Shown here piece by piece: positions 26,999 to 37,152 of a DNA stretch of 57,104 bases (its first letter is position 1; each line of letters starts with the position of its first letter). The notes beneath the pieces are model-generated. The model was not told the DNA's origin, did not search any database, and worked only from the letters and a program-made list of their open reading frames with translations. Position numbers and translations under genes: made by a program. Source of the DNA: Candidatus Levyibacteriota bacterium (GTDB lineage: Bacteria > Patescibacteriota > Microgenomatia > Levybacterales > UBA12049); assembly GCA_016182205.1 (NCBI GenBank), contig JACOXW010000012.1, positions 1-57,104 of the forward strand, in the 5' to 3' direction.

Positions 26999-28290
26999 AA
27001 ATTCCTATCTATAAATGTATCATAGCTTTTCGTAACCAGTTGCGCTTCAATATTTCTAATTGTCTCAAGTACGACCGATACAACGATGAGAACCCCGGTA
27101 CCTCCAATCAGAAGGGTTTGTATTCCGGTCAATTCCTTTGCAATACTTGGAAATATTGCAATTAACCCTAAAAACAATGCACCAACTAGTGTAATCCTGG
27201 TTAAGATATAATTCAAGTAACTCGCCGTCGGCTTACCTGGGCGTACACCCGGAATAAAGCCTCCATACTTTTGTATTTCTTCTGCGATCTTCTTCGGGTT
27301 AAAAATAACTGCTGTATAAAAGTATGTAAATCCGATAACCAAAATAAAATACATGCTATTATACAACATTCCATCGGGAGAAAACCAGTTGTTCATGGCA
27401 AATGCGAAATTTTGAAGAGCTGGGTTTTTTGACGCTGCAAAATAATTTGCAAGAAGAGACGGCAATAAGACTAATGATACTGCAAAAATAATAGGAATAA
27501 CACCTGCCTGGTTCAGACGAAGCGGTAGATGCGTAGACTGTCCTCCATAGATTTTGTTCCCTCGAACTCGTTTTGCATAGAAAACCGGAATTTTCCGGGT
27601 TGCTTCATTCATAAAGACGATTGCCGCAATAACCATAAGCCCCATTGCAAGAAAAATAAGTGTCTGGAATGTTTTATCAGATGTTGCAGTTGTGACCGTC
27701 TGCCCTATTACTACTGGAAGCCTGCCTACTATACCAGCGAAAATAAGGATAGAAATTCCATTTCCAATTCCACGTTCTGTAATGAGCTCTCCAAGCCAAA
27801 CAAGAAACATTGTCCCGGCTGTCATTGTCGCTATGAAGGAAATAATGTCGATTGGGGGTAACGTAGAAATAATACCGGTACTACGTAGTAACGCATACAT
27901 ACCAACTGCTTGAAGCGCGGCAAACGGAACAGTCAGCATTCGTGTATACTGAGTGATTTTTTGACGGCCAGATTCTCCCTCTTTTGAAAGTTCTTCAAGT
28001 TTTGGGAATACCATTGTTAATAATTGCAAAATAATAGAAGCATTAATATATGGATTTAACCCTAGTGCCATAACCGAAAAATTTGCAAGTGTTCCACCGG
28101 AAAAAACATCCAATAGTCCCAAAAACTGATACTGGGAAAAAAGCGCCTTAAGATTTGCAAGATTTACACCAGCAACAGGGATGTGTGCAAAAATACGAAA
28201 AATAAGAAAGATACCTGCCGTAAAAAGAATCTTCCGACGGACATCGGGAGACTGCGAGGCGCTTTTAAAAAGCCCGAGTATATTTTCCAT
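26995..28290 (-). CDS. secY: Preprotein translocase SecY
   Basis: [29 protein letters not shown] and FIPGVRPG motifs. Confidence 0.98.
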   Translation of the reverse strand: MENILGLFKSASQSPDVRRKILFTAGIFLIFRIFAHIPVAGVNLANLKALFSQYQFLGLLDVFSGGTLANFSVMALGLNPYINASIILQLLTMVFPKLEELSKEGESGRQKITQYTRMLTVPFAALQAVGMYALLRSTGIISTLPPIDIISFIATMTAGTMFLVWLGELITERGIGNGISILIFAGIVGRLPVVIGQTVTTATSDKTFQTLIFLAMGLMVIAAIVFMNEATRKIPVFYAKRVRGNKIYGGQSTHLPLRLNQAGVIPIIFAVSLVLLPSLLANYFAASKNPALQNFAFAMNNWFSPDGMLYNSMYFILVIGFTYFYTAVIFNPKKIAEEIQKYGGFIPGVRPGKPTASYLNYILTRITLVGALFLGLIAIFPSIAKELTGIQTLLIGGTGVLIVVSVVLETIRNIEAQLVTKSYDTFIDRNL

Positions 28291-28291
28291 T

Positions 28292-28732
28292 TTATCTGAT
28301 TAGGACACTCCCACCAGCTTTTTCAATAATTTTTATTACTTGCTTAGACACAGGGACTTCTACCTTCAAGGGAATTTCTACTTTCCCATCACCTAAAATT
28401 TTGACTCCCAAACGTTTTACGCCAGGTTTTACAATTCCTTTTTCAATCAGTGAATCGACTGTTACTACCGAATCTTTTTGGAAAATATTCAACTCCTTTA
28501 CATTTACTATAAAAGGTTTAAGAGATATTCCTTTATTTTTGCCCTTCCCCCTCAAGAAAGGAAGACGTTTGATAAGAGGAAGTGCACCGCCTTCAAAGGA
28601 TAGAGGAACGCTACTTCGTGCATTTTGTCCTTTTGTACCACGACCTGCTGTCTTAACTCTTCCTGAACCATGTCCTTGGCCGAGTCTGCGCTTACTCTTT
28701 TGACTAATTGTTTTTATGTCGTGTAATTTCAT
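28292..28732 (-). CDS. rplO: 50S ribosomal protein L15
   Basis: [22 protein letters not shown] and KILGDG motifs. Confidence 0.97.
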   Translation of the reverse strand: MKLHDIKTISQKSKRRLGQGHGSGRVKTAGRGTKGQNARSSVPLSFEGGALPLIKRLPFLRGKGKNKGISLKPFIVNVKELNIFQKDSVVTVDSLIEKGIVKPGVKRLGVKILGDGKVEIPLKVEVPVSKQVIKIIEKAGGSVLIR

Positions 28733-28734
28733 AT

Positions 28735-29217
28735 TTATGTAAATAATGCTGCTTTCTTTTCTTGCTCAATAATTCTTTTTAAGGCTTCCATAGTAGCGTA
28801 GACATTGGATGCCTGATTTTTTGTACCCAATACTTTAGAGGAAATATTGTGAATACCGGCTGCCTCCACTACACTGCGCACGGCGCCTCCTGCTATAACT
28901 CCACTCCCAGGAGGAGCAGGCTTAAGAATTATTTTTGCTGCTCCTAATTTTACATATATCTGTAGCGGAATTGTACCTTTTACAATTGGTACTGTAATTA
29001 GATGTTTTTTGGCAACACTAACGCCTTTTCGGATGGAAGATGCTACATCTGGAGCTTTTCCCAATCCCACTCCCACTCGACCTTTTTTGTCTCCCACAAC
29101 AACCAGCACGGAAAATCCTATCTTATTTCCACCTTTAGTTTTTTTTGAAACCCGGTGGATTTGAATAATCTTTTCTTCAAATTCATTTACTGACCGTTGT
29201 GGTGAAAAATCTGCCAT
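28735..29217 (-). CDS. rpsE: 30S ribosomal protein S5
   Basis: RVSKKTKGG, VVVGDKKGRVG and PAPPGSGVIAGG motifs. Confidence 0.98.
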   Translation of the reverse strand: MADFSPQRSVNEFEEKIIQIHRVSKKTKGGNKIGFSVLVVVGDKKGRVGVGLGKAPDVASSIRKGVSVAKKHLITVPIVKGTIPLQIYVKLGAAKIILKPAPPGSGVIAGGAVRSVVEAAGIHNISSKVLGTKNQASNVYATMEALKRIIEQEKKAALFT

Positions 29218-29564
29218 TAGAATTTTAATCCTCCTTCTTTTACCCCTTCTGCAAATGCCTGTACTCGCCCATGATATTTGTATGGTCCTCTGTCAAAAAC
29301 GATACTTTCTATCTTGTGCTCTTTTGCTCTTTCTGCCAATAATACACCTAACATTTTTGCACGCTCAGCTTTTGTTCCCTTACTATCTTTCAAAAGTTTT
29401 TCTGAAACGCCCAGTATTGTCTCACCTTTTTTATCATCTATCAACTGCGCATATAAAGATGTATTTGAACGGAATACAGAAAGCCGTGGTACTTCCTGTG
29501 TACCTCGAATTTTCTTCCTTACTCGTATTTGTCTTCTTATTCTTTTTATTTGTACGCTATTCAT
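29217..29564 (-). CDS. rplR: 50S ribosomal protein L18
   Basis: PRLSVFRSN and FDRGPYKYHGRV motifs. Confidence 0.98.
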   Translation of the reverse strand: MNSVQIKRIRRQIRVRKKIRGTQEVPRLSVFRSNTSLYAQLIDDKKGETILGVSEKLLKDSKGTKAERAKMLGVLLAERAKEHKIESIVFDRGPYKYHGRVQAFAEGVKEGGLKF

Positions 29565-29565
29565 A

Positions 29566-30114
29566 TTATTTTGCTCCTACAGCTTTTGCTGCCTTTCCTA
29601 CCTTACGTCTGATGCGTTCTCCAACATATTTTATCCCTTTTCCTTTATATGGTTCCGGTGGTCTTACCGCACGAATTCGTGCAGCAGTATCTCCAACGAG
29701 TATTTTGTCTGTTCCCGAAACAGTAATCACATTTTCAGCTATTGCAAATGATACGCCCTGCGGTGCTTTAATCTTTACCGGATGAGAAAAACCGACTGAT
29801 AAAGCAATGTCGCTTCCCCCGCCTTGAGCACGGTATCCTACACCTGAAAGTTCTAATTTTTTCTCAAATCCACTTGTTACTCCCTGCACCATGTTTTCAA
29901 GAAGACTTCGCGTCAACCCAAATAAAGCACTGGTGTTTTCTCCTGAAGCTTCTTGTTTCACTTCTATTTTTCCATTTACAATCTGCGCAGTAATACCGCT
30001 GGGAAGCTTATAGGTAAGTGTCGCTTTCGGTCCTGTCACTTTTACCAAACCGTTTTCTATAATAACGGTTGTTCCCTCTTTTAGTATCACTGGAATTTTC
30101 CCTATTTTTGACAT
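29566..30114 (-). CDS. rplF: 50S ribosomal protein L6
   Basis: MSKIGK, GVGYRA and RPPEPYKGKGI motifs. Confidence 0.98.
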   Translation of the reverse strand: MSKIGKIPVILKEGTTVIIENGLVKVTGPKATLTYKLPSGITAQIVNGKIEVKQEASGENTSALFGLTRSLLENMVQGVTSGFEKKLELSGVGYRAQGGGSDIALSVGFSHPVKIKAPQGVSFAIAENVITVSGTDKILVGDTAARIRAVRPPEPYKGKGIKYVGERIRRKVGKAAKAVGAK

Positions 30115-30133
30115 AGTAAAATACTATCTGGCG

Positions 30134-30529
30134 TTACCAGATTTTGAAAAGAAGTTCTCCACCAACTTCTTCTTTGACTGCCTCCTGATCAGTCAAAATA
30201 CCTTTATTTGTTGACATTACTGATATTCCCGTCCCTTTTCTAAATCGTTTTGGTACCGTCTGTGCTTTCACATATACGCGAAGTGACGGTTTCGAGATTA
30301 TTTTTACATCCGTAATAGCAGGTATACGTTTTTCATACCGGATTGTAGCTGTTAGTATATTTTTACCGTCTTGTTCTTCTTGTTTTACCGATGTTAAAAA
30401 TTTGTTTTTCACCAGCACATCACAGATTGCCTTATTCATTTTTGAGTATGTCAAAAAAACAGTCTTCCTTCGTGCATTTGAAGCATTTTTAATTCGTATA
30501 AGTAAATCACTAATTTGATAATTTGTCAT
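30134..30529 (-). CDS. rpsH: 30S ribosomal protein S8
   Basis: ISDLLIRIKNA, SKPSLRVY, STNKG and GGELL motifs. Confidence 0.97.
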   Translation of the reverse strand: MTNYQISDLLIRIKNASNARRKTVFLTYSKMNKAICDVLVKNKFLTSVKQEEQDGKNILTATIRYEKRIPAITDVKIISKPSLRVYVKAQTVPKRFRKGTGISVMSTNKGILTDQEAVKEEVGGELLFKIW

Positions 30530-30542
30530 ATTTTTCCTTTCT

Positions 30543-30728
30543 TTACCAACTTGCTTTAACTACACCAGGTAATTGGCCTTTAGAGGCTAATTCCCTAAAA
30601 CAGATCCTGCAAAGACCAAATTTTCTTAAGTATGCCCGTGCTCGTCCGCAAAGGTTACATCTGTTTCGCTGTCTTGTAGTGAATTTTTGTTTTTTTTGAA
30701 ATTTTACAATATCAGATGTTTTTGCCAT
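30543..30728 (-). CDS. rpsN: 30S ribosomal protein S14, type Z (zinc-binding)
   Basis: [22 protein letters not shown]. Confidence 0.97.
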   Translation of the reverse strand: MAKTSDIVKFQKKQKFTTRQRNRCNLCGRARAYLRKFGLCRICFRELASKGQLPGVVKASW

Positions 30729-30731
30729 AAA

Positions 30732-31274
30732 TTATCCTTTCTGGAAAGGGAAACCCAATGCTTCAAGCAATGCTATCCCTTCTTCATTATTTTTTGCTGT
30801 CGTTACTATACATACTTCAAGACCATGTGTTCTATCAACTTTCCCAGGATCAATTTCAGGAAAAACGGTCTGCTCACTGAATCCGAGCGTATAATTACCG
30901 TGCCCATCAAATTTTTGTTTTGAAACACCATGGAAATCTCTAATACGAGGCATAACAATTGAAATAAGCTTTCCTAAAAAGTCGTACATTCGTTTTCCCC
31001 GTAATGTTACTACTGCACCAATCTTATCTCCCTGTCTAAGCTTAAATGAAGCGATAGACTGTCGAGCCTTGGTTATTTTCGGTTTTTGTCCCGTAATTTG
31101 AGTGAGCATTTCTACCGCACTCTGTACGTTTTTCTTGTCGAGAACCGCACCACGTATTCCCGTATTTACAACAATTTTAGAAACATGTGGAACTGCCATA
31201 GGATTTTTGACTCCTAATTTTTCTTTTAGTGCTTCTTTTACAGTCTTTGTATATTTTTCTTGCAATGTACTCAT
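30732..31274 (-). CDS. rplE: 50S ribosomal protein L5
   Basis: ITGQKP, FKLRQG, TLRG and FDGHGNY motifs. Confidence 0.98.
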   Translation of the reverse strand: MSTLQEKYTKTVKEALKEKLGVKNPMAVPHVSKIVVNTGIRGAVLDKKNVQSAVEMLTQITGQKPKITKARQSIASFKLRQGDKIGAVVTLRGKRMYDFLGKLISIVMPRIRDFHGVSKQKFDGHGNYTLGFSEQTVFPEIDPGKVDRTHGLEVCIVTTAKNNEEGIALLEALGFPFQKG

Positions 31275-31576
31275 AGTGTTTGTTTACATTTTTTACAAAC
31301 TCTCACTTTTTCTCCTGATTCCATCATATATCCCACTCTAGTTATCTGCTTACATTTCGGGCAAACAAGTGCTACATTTTCAGCCGGCAACGGTTTGACA
31401 ATTGTTTTAATTTCAGATTTTTGACCACCAGTACGAGACTTTACATGACGCTTATATTGGTTTACTTCGGGAAGCAATACTTTATTTTCCTTTGTATAAA
31501 CTGCAGCAATTTTTGCGCTTTTGCCTTTATCTTTTCCTTTAATAACTTGTACTGTATCTCCTGTTTTAAGTTTCAT
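31271..31576 (-). CDS. rplX: 50S ribosomal protein L24
   Basis: KOW motif GDTVQVIKGKDKG. Confidence 0.96.
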   Translation of the reverse strand: MKLKTGDTVQVIKGKDKGKSAKIAAVYTKENKVLLPEVNQYKRHVKSRTGGQKSEIKTIVKPLPAENVALVCPKCKQITRVGYMMESGEKVRVCKKCKQTL

Positions 31577-31587
31577 AAGTAATAATT

Positions 31588-31962
31588 TTAAACTATTTCA
31601 ACTGCCATACTGGCAATTTTTGCAAATCCTCTGTCTTTAACTTCTCGAGCAATTGGCCCAAAAATACGGGTACCACGAGGATTTTTATCTTTAGGGTTAT
31701 CAATAAGTACTGCCGCATTATCCGAAAACCGAATATATGAACCGTCCGGACGGCGTACTTCCTTACGTGTCCGGACTACAACTGCCTTAACAATCTCACT
31801 GTCTTTTACTTGTCCTGTTGGTGATGCTTCTTTAACAACGCAGTTAATAATATCTCCAATAGAGCCTTTTCTGCGTTTTGATCCTCCAAAAATATGAATA
31901 ACCATAAGTATTTTGGCTCCTGAATTATCCGCAGCTTTTAACATAGATCGATGTTGTATCAT
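31588..31962 (-). CDS. rplN: 50S ribosomal protein L14
   Basis: [19 protein letters not shown] and GTRIFGP motifs. Confidence 0.98.
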   Translation of the reverse strand: MIQHRSMLKAADNSGAKILMVIHIFGGSKRRKGSIGDIINCVVKEASPTGQVKDSEIVKAVVVRTRKEVRRPDGSYIRFSDNAAVLIDNPKDKNPRGTRIFGPIAREVKDRGFAKIASMAVEIV

Positions 31963-32243
31963 TTCTTTTTCTCCTTTGACTCGCCGGAGTTATTTTTAAC
32001 GGGAGCGGCCTTTTTTATACCGGGTGTCAACACTGTAAAATATTTGTCTTTTGATATCGGTCTGGTCTCAACAATCTTTATCTTATCACCCATATTAAAT
32101 TTTTTTCCTACCGTATCAACTTTATACCGCTTGCTTCTTTTTAATAATTTTTTATAAAGTGGGTGTGCTACCCGGCGAGTAACTGCCACTACTATGGTAT
32201 TATTCATTTTTGTTGACACAACTACTCCATTAAGTATTCTCAT
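31959..32243 (-). CDS. rpsQ: 30S ribosomal protein S17
   Basis: [14 protein letters not shown] and ETRPISK motifs. Confidence 0.96.
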   Translation of the reverse strand: MRILNGVVVSTKMNNTIVVAVTRRVAHPLYKKLLKRSKRYKVDTVGKKFNMGDKIKIVETRPISKDKYFTVLTPGIKKAAPVKNNSGESKEKKK

Positions 32244-32442
32244 GTTTTTTCTCCTTTTCACTTAAAATCGTTAAGATTATAGCAATTTCTTTCCTTTTAT
32301 GCCTGAGTAAGGAAGGATTTTTTAACTTTCCTTGCGTGAAATCAATCCGTGCTTTAAATAATTCATCACGTATTTCAGAGAGCATCGTATATAACTCTTT
32401 TTCCTTTTTCCCATGTATTTCTTGTTTTTGTTTCATTTTCAT
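32230..32442 (-). CDS. rpmC: 50S ribosomal protein L29
   Basis: ELF..R, GKLKNP and RKEIA motifs; lies between rplP and rpsQ. Confidence 0.85.
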   Translation of the reverse strand: MKMKQKQEIHGKKEKELYTMLSEIRDELFKARIDFTQGKLKNPSLLRHKRKEIAIILTILSEKEKKHENT

Positions 32443-32470
32443 AGTTTTATATTGATATTTCAAAACAGCA

Positions 32471-32875
32471 TTACTTCTCAATAATTCGTGTTTTTAATGA
32501 TAATTTATGTGACGCCAAACGCAAAGCAGCAAATGCTATCTCTTTTGAAACCCCTCCCATTTCAAACAATATTCGTCCCGGTTTTACTACTGCCACATAT
32601 TCGAATACATCTCCCTTTCCGCTTCCCATCCTTACTTCTGGCGGTTTTTTAGTGATTGGCTTATCAGGAAAAATACGAATCCACAGTCTTCCACCGCGTT
32701 GAGTATAGTGAGTAATTGCTCGTCGCGCTGCTTCAATTTGTCGTGCACTTACCCATGCTTGTGCTTCTGCAGCAAGCCCAAAATCACCATATGTCATCTG
32801 CGTGCCACTATGTGCATTTCCTTTCATACTGCCTCTATGTTGCTTTCTATATTTTGCTCGCTTGGGTAATAACAT
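32471..32875 (-). CDS. rplP: 50S ribosomal protein L16
   Basis: [24 protein letters not shown] and RMGSGKG motifs. Confidence 0.98.
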   Translation of the reverse strand: MLLPKRAKYRKQHRGSMKGNAHSGTQMTYGDFGLAAEAQAWVSARQIEAARRAITHYTQRGGRLWIRIFPDKPITKKPPEVRMGSGKGDVFEYVAVVKPGRILFEMGGVSKEIAFAALRLASHKLSLKTRIIEK

Positions 32876-32877
32876 AT

Positions 32878-33528
32878 TTACTCTCCTTCACCCCGATTAA
32901 TCCACACTTTTACTCCAATATATCCTTTTTTCGTCAAAGCCGGAACGCTTGCGAAAATAATATGAGCCCTAATAGTGGACAAAGGGACTGTACCTTTCTG
33001 TAATTTTTCTCTTCTGCCGATTTCGGCCCCTGCTATACGTCCTGAGAGAACTATGCGTATCCCTTTTGCGCCAGCACCCATCACTTTTTCTCCTGCCTGT
33101 GCCATAACTCTTTTATGAGGTAGTCGTTTTACTAGCTGATCGGATATCATTTTTGCCACAAGATAGGCGTCAAGATTCGGCTCCTTCACTGGCTCAACAA
33201 GAATATCAATTTTGGAAATATTTTTTTTATCTTTTGCAAAAGATCCCACAAGTTTTTCCAAAAACTTTTTCAGTTCCTCAAGCCCACTTCCTGCCCGACC
33301 GATAACGATACCCGGCCGAGAAACAAATGCGGTAATCTTCACATTTCTAATTGATCTGTCTATTTCAATTCGGGAAACACCGGCAAATTTAAGCTTTTCC
33401 ATCAGAGCTTTCCGAATCTTAATATCTTCAAGTAATATATCTTTATATCGATCTTTCTCAAACCAACGACTTTCCCAACCGTAAATATTACCGATTCTTA
33501 TTAAGTGTGGATTTACTTTCTGTCCCAT
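32878..33528 (-). CDS. rpsC: 30S ribosomal protein S3
   Basis: [23 protein letters not shown] and GVKVWI motifs. Confidence 0.98.
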   Translation of the reverse strand: MGQKVNPHLIRIGNIYGWESRWFEKDRYKDILLEDIKIRKALMEKLKFAGVSRIEIDRSIRNVKITAFVSRPGIVIGRAGSGLEELKKFLEKLVGSFAKDKKNISKIDILVEPVKEPNLDAYLVAKMISDQLVKRLPHKRVMAQAGEKVMGAGAKGIRIVLSGRIAGAEIGRREKLQKGTVPLSTIRAHIIFASVPALTKKGYIGVKVWINRGEGE

Positions 33529-33598
33529 AAATCAAGTGAAAAATGCAAAATGTAAAGTGTAAAATTAAGAAACTTTATTGTAAAATATTTTTCCCTAT

Positions 33599-33970
33599 TT
33601 ATTTTACGTTTTTCGCTTTACTCTTTGCGCTTTCTCCCCCTTTCTCTCCTAAAACAATCTTTACATGGCTTGTCCGTTTCTTATATGGATGTACTCTTCC
33701 TCGAGAACTTGGATGAAAGCGTTTCAGTACCGGTCCATCAAATATTTCAATCTGTTTTACAAAAAGAGCTGATGCTTCTAACTTGGCATTATTTTCCGCA
33801 TTTGCGATAGCACTTTTCAACGTCTTGGCGAGTGCAGATGCTGCTCTTTTCCGCGTTTGCTCAAGGACCTCAAGCGCCTGATGGGCTGGTACTTTACGAA
33901 TTGCATCAGCCACCAACCGCATTTTACGCGGTGCAATATGAACAGATGTAGTTTTTGCAATTATATCCAT
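33599..33970 (-). CDS. rplV: 50S ribosomal protein L22
   Basis: APRKMRLVAD, SAIANAENN, GP.LKRF and KRTSH motifs. Confidence 0.97.
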   Translation of the reverse strand: MDIIAKTTSVHIAPRKMRLVADAIRKVPAHQALEVLEQTRKRAASALAKTLKSAIANAENNAKLEASALFVKQIEIFDGPVLKRFHPSSRGRVHPYKKRTSHVKIVLGEKGGESAKSKAKNVK

Positions 33971-33980
33971 ATAATTCAAG

Positions 33981-34050
33981 CTTTTAGTTGTTAGTCTTTT
34001 AGGGTCTAGTTCATTTCAAACTAAACACTAAACGCTAATTTCTAAACGCT
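33981..34050. repeat. Heptamer-periodic hairpin repeat (family A), inverted relative to 15321-15383
   Basis: CTAAACACTAAACGCTAATTTCTA matches the reverse complement of 15321-15344 at 22/24. Confidence 0.7.
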
Positions 34051-34333
34051 ACGTCTTAGAAATTTCTCGAGCGACTACTCGACCATGACTTCTAAATGTC
34101 CTTGTTGGTGAAAACTCACCCAGTCGATATCCCACCATTCCTTCTACAATAAGAACAGGAATAAAAACCTTTCCATTATGGACAGCAATGGTATGTCCCA
34201 CAAATTCAGGTGAAATCTGAGATGTACGACTCCATGTTTTAATAGGCGCTCTATCACCAGATTGTTTCTGTTTTGTAATTTTTTTTAACAATCGTTCGTC
34301 TACAAATGGACCTTTTTTTGCTGATCTACTCAT
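34049..34333 (-). CDS. rpsS: 30S ribosomal protein S19
   Basis: [21 protein letters not shown] and LGEFSPTR motifs. Confidence 0.98.
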   Translation of the reverse strand: MSRSAKKGPFVDERLLKKITKQKQSGDRAPIKTWSRTSQISPEFVGHTIAVHNGKVFIPVLIVEGMVGYRLGEFSPTRTFRSHGRVVAREISKT

Positions 34334-34337
34334 AAAT

Positions 34338-34411
34338 AGTTCTTAATTATTAGTTGAGAGTTCATAGTAGGATCTTTTTCTTTATTTCTCTGAACTATGA
34401 ACTCATAACTC
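34338..34411. repeat. Heptamer-periodic hairpin repeat (family B)
   Basis: GAGTTCATAGT/ACTATGAACTC inverted arms; half copies at 35179-35196 and 47780-47800. Confidence 0.7.
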
Positions 34412-34412
34412 T

Positions 34413-35159
34413 TTACTTTTTCCGTTTCCTCCTCTGAATAATATATTTGTCAGAATATTTATTTGGTCTTCGTCTTTTTCCTACTGCTTTCTTTCCTGCA
34501 TAGGTCTTTGGGTATTTTAACCCGACACCGCTTCGTCCTTCTCCTCCACCATGAGGGTGAGAACGAGGGTTTTGCGCTGTTCCACGAACTACTGGTCTTA
34601 TACCCATATGACGAGCGCGACCAGCTTTTCCTATAACTTCATTCTTCCATTCTATATTTCCAAGCTGTCCAACGGTGGCATAACCATTCCCGTAGACTTT
34701 CCTTATCTCACCTGAAGGGAGCTTTAGATGGACAAATTTGCCTTCCCGAGCTTGGATAAGCGCTGCTGTTCCAGCGCTTCTTGCCATTTGGCCACCTTTT
34801 CCTGATGTCAGTTCAATATTGTGAACAAAAGTACCGACTGGTAAAACGTGCAAAGGAAGTGCATTGCCAACTTGCACATCTACTGTTTCTCCTGAAACTA
34901 CGACGTCTCCAACTCGCAAACCTTCCGGCGCGAGAATGTAGCGTTTCTCTCCATCAGAATATTGAATCAGTGCAATATCTACTGTTCTATTCGGATCGTA
35001 CTCTACTGAAGTTACTTTTCCGGTAACGCCTATTTTATCACGTTTGAAGTCAATAAGCCTGAGGAATCGCTTATGTTGTCCTCCTTGATGACGAACAACC
35101 ACTTTCCCTGATGTGTCTCTCCCTGAATATTTCTTTTTAATTCTTTTTAGTCTTTTCAT
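34413..35159 (-). CDS. rplB: 50S ribosomal protein L2, N-terminally short
   Basis: EYDPNR, GNALPL, ARSAG and HPHGGGEG motifs. Confidence 0.97.
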   Translation of the reverse strand: MKRLKRIKKKYSGRDTSGKVVVRHQGGQHKRFLRLIDFKRDKIGVTGKVTSVEYDPNRTVDIALIQYSDGEKRYILAPEGLRVGDVVVSGETVDVQVGNALPLHVLPVGTFVHNIELTSGKGGQMARSAGTAALIQAREGKFVHLKLPSGEIRKVYGNGYATVGQLGNIEWKNEVIGKAGRARHMGIRPVVRGTAQNPRSHPHGGGEGRSGVGLKYPKTYAGKKAVGKRRRPNKYSDKYIIQRRKRKK

Positions 35160-35198
35160 ATTCTTTTTTTCCTTTTCAAACTATGAACTCGTAACTAT

Positions 35199-35483
35199 TT
35201 ATGCTCCTACCTCAAATAAATCTATTTTCTGGCCTTGTTTTACCGCAACTATAGCTTTTTTCCAAGGACTCATTACTTCTTCCACTCTTTTCTTCCCGAC
35301 ACGATGCGTTCTTCCTTTTACAATAGATGTTTTTATACTGACTACATCAACACTAAACCTTTTAGCTACTACTGATTTAATCATAGATTTTGTCGCGCTT
35401 TTTAAAACTGCAAAAGTAAATTTACTATTCTTTGCATCTTGCAGGGATTTTTCAGTAATGACCGGCTTTATTTGAATATCCAT
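35199..35483 (-). CDS. rplW: 50S ribosomal protein L23
   Basis: PVITEKS and WKKAIV motifs. Confidence 0.95.
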   Translation of the reverse strand: MDIQIKPVITEKSLQDAKNSKFTFAVLKSATKSMIKSVVAKRFSVDVVSIKTSIVKGRTHRVGKKRVEEVMSPWKKAIVAVKQGQKIDLFEVGA

Positions 35484-35486
35484 AGT

Positions 35487-36221
35487 TTATTTCGTCCCTT
35501 GGGAAAAGACACCTAATGTATCTTTCATAAAGAGTAAAACTGTATATCGTAACACTTCATAGGTATTTAATTGATTAACAGGTATAATCGATATTCCTGC
35601 TATATTTCGTGATGCACGAGTGATATTTTCTACTACCTCTTTTTTCTCGGTTGGTGAAGGAATAACAAGCAAAACCGTATCTTTTTTGCTATAAATTTTC
35701 AATTTCCTTAGTACATCCACCATTTCTTTTGTTTTGGGAGAAAGTTTTTCTAAGCCTGAAATAACTTTAATGCCATCATTTTGGACTCGAGTCGTTAATG
35801 CTGAAAAGAGTGCTTTTTGCTTCATTTTTTGGGGGAATTTGAGAGAGTAATCTCGGGGTTGTGGACCAAAAACAATACCTCCATGCACAAAAATAGGTGC
35901 CCTCACGGATCCATGCCTTGCTCTTCCTGTTCCTTTCTGGCGATAAATCTTTCTTGTTGATCCCTGTACTTCACCACGTGTTTTTGTTTTGACCGTACCT
36001 CGTCTTTGATTTGCCAAATAAACTCTTACTGCTTGCGTGATAAGTGTCTCATTTACCTTAGCACCAAATACCTCCTTTGAAACAGATATACTTTCAGAAA
36101 CGTTTCCTTTCGTATCAAAAACATCCAACATAATCCCATCGGTTTTCTTCACCGTTTTTTTAACAATCTCTTTCTTCTCTATCTTGGAAGAGGGAGTAAC
36201 TGATCGTTTCTTACTCGCCAT
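35487..36221 (-). CDS. rplD: 50S ribosomal protein L4
   Basis: [24 protein letters not shown] and GGIVFGP motifs. Confidence 0.98.
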   Translation of the reverse strand: MASKKRSVTPSSKIEKKEIVKKTVKKTDGIMLDVFDTKGNVSESISVSKEVFGAKVNETLITQAVRVYLANQRRGTVKTKTRGEVQGSTRKIYRQKGTGRARHGSVRAPIFVHGGIVFGPQPRDYSLKFPQKMKQKALFSALTTRVQNDGIKVISGLEKLSPKTKEMVDVLRKLKIYSKKDTVLLVIPSPTEKKEVVENITRASRNIAGISIIPVNQLNTYEVLRYTVLLFMKDTLGVFSQGTK

Positions 36222-36984
36222 TTTCCTCCTTCTTTGTATTTTCTTCTCCTGTTTTACTCATTGGTTCCGGCTCTTTCTCCACCTGTTCAACTATCTCTTT
36301 TTTCGTCTCTACCTCTACTGCGTTTTTTTCTTCTTCGTATAACGGAGTGAATTTCTTTCCTTCTCCGACTTTCTTAACCATAATAAGTGTATTTTTTCCT
36401 CCGGGGACAAGACCTTTTATAAAAAGCCCCGTATCGGTAACGGATACAACTTGCAGATTTTTTACAGTTACTCTTACTTCTCCCATATGTCCTGCCATAC
36501 GTTTTCCCTTATATACTCTCCCCGGAGTAGTAGTCTGACCAATAGATCCGGGTGCGCGCTCTCTGTCGGATTGCCCGTGAGTTCGAGGTCCGCCTTTAAA
36601 ATGATACCGTTTTACACCTCCGGCAAAGCCTTTTCCTTTTGAAATTCCAATGACATCTACCAGATCACCCGGCTTAAATACATCAGACGCTTTTACTACT
36701 TCTCCAAGCTTTGGCAAATCAGCATCTGAAGCTGTTTTTACTTCCCGCAAAAAACGAGGGGCATCCTGTATGTTTGCCCCTTTTATATGCCCAACTAATG
36801 CCTTGTGTGGATGCTTTTTAATACCAAAACCTAGCTGCACCGCGTTATATCCGTGCGTATCCATACTCCGCACTGCGATAATAGGATTTCCAGGCATCAC
36901 TATTTCTGTCACTGGAATCCTTCTACCGTCGGCTAAGAAACGTTGTGAATGTAATTTCTTTTGTCCTATTAAACTTTGTATCAT
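36211..36984 (-). CDS. rplC: 50S ribosomal protein L3
   Basis: GYNAVQLG, SKGKGFAG, RAPGSIG and KGKRMAGHMG motifs. Confidence 0.98.
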   Translation of the reverse strand: MIQSLIGQKKLHSQRFLADGRRIPVTEIVMPGNPIIAVRSMDTHGYNAVQLGFGIKKHPHKALVGHIKGANIQDAPRFLREVKTASDADLPKLGEVVKASDVFKPGDLVDVIGISKGKGFAGGVKRYHFKGGPRTHGQSDRERAPGSIGQTTTPGRVYKGKRMAGHMGEVRVTVKNLQVVSVTDTGLFIKGLVPGGKNTLIMVKKVGEGKKFTPLYEEEKNAVEVETKKEIVEQVEKEPEPMSKTGEENTKKEENGE

Positions 36985-37004
36985 ACCTTTAAGCACTGTA
37001 AAAC

Positions 37005-37105
37005 AAAAAAGGCAGCCTAATTTTCGGCTACCATTGTATTAGATGACCTCAAATGAAGTCATTGTAAACCATTAATATTAGGCTATAATCCACCTCCTGT
37101 TTGTG
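37005..37105 (-). promoter_or_regulatory. Candidate attenuator leader of the rplC operon
   Basis: Terminator GGUAGCC..GGCUGCC-U6 at 37032-37005; competing UAGCCUAAU at 37085-37077; internal AUGAC-UUCAUUUGAG-GUCAU hairpin. Confidence 0.55.
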
Positions 37106-37111
37106 CGCATT

Positions 37112-37140
37112 ATTATACTATAATTGTGCATTAAATACAA
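37112..37140 (-). promoter_or_regulatory. Internal promoter between rpsJ and rplC
   Basis: TTGTAT-N17-TATAAT on the minus strand. Confidence 0.6.
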
Positions 37141-37152
37141 CCAAACAGCCTC

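Noticed and set aside
29255..29785. Long plus-strand ORFs antisense to ribosomal, tuf, fusA and rpoBC genes
   Set aside because: These are shadow ORFs of highly conserved genes, with no motifs or start signals.
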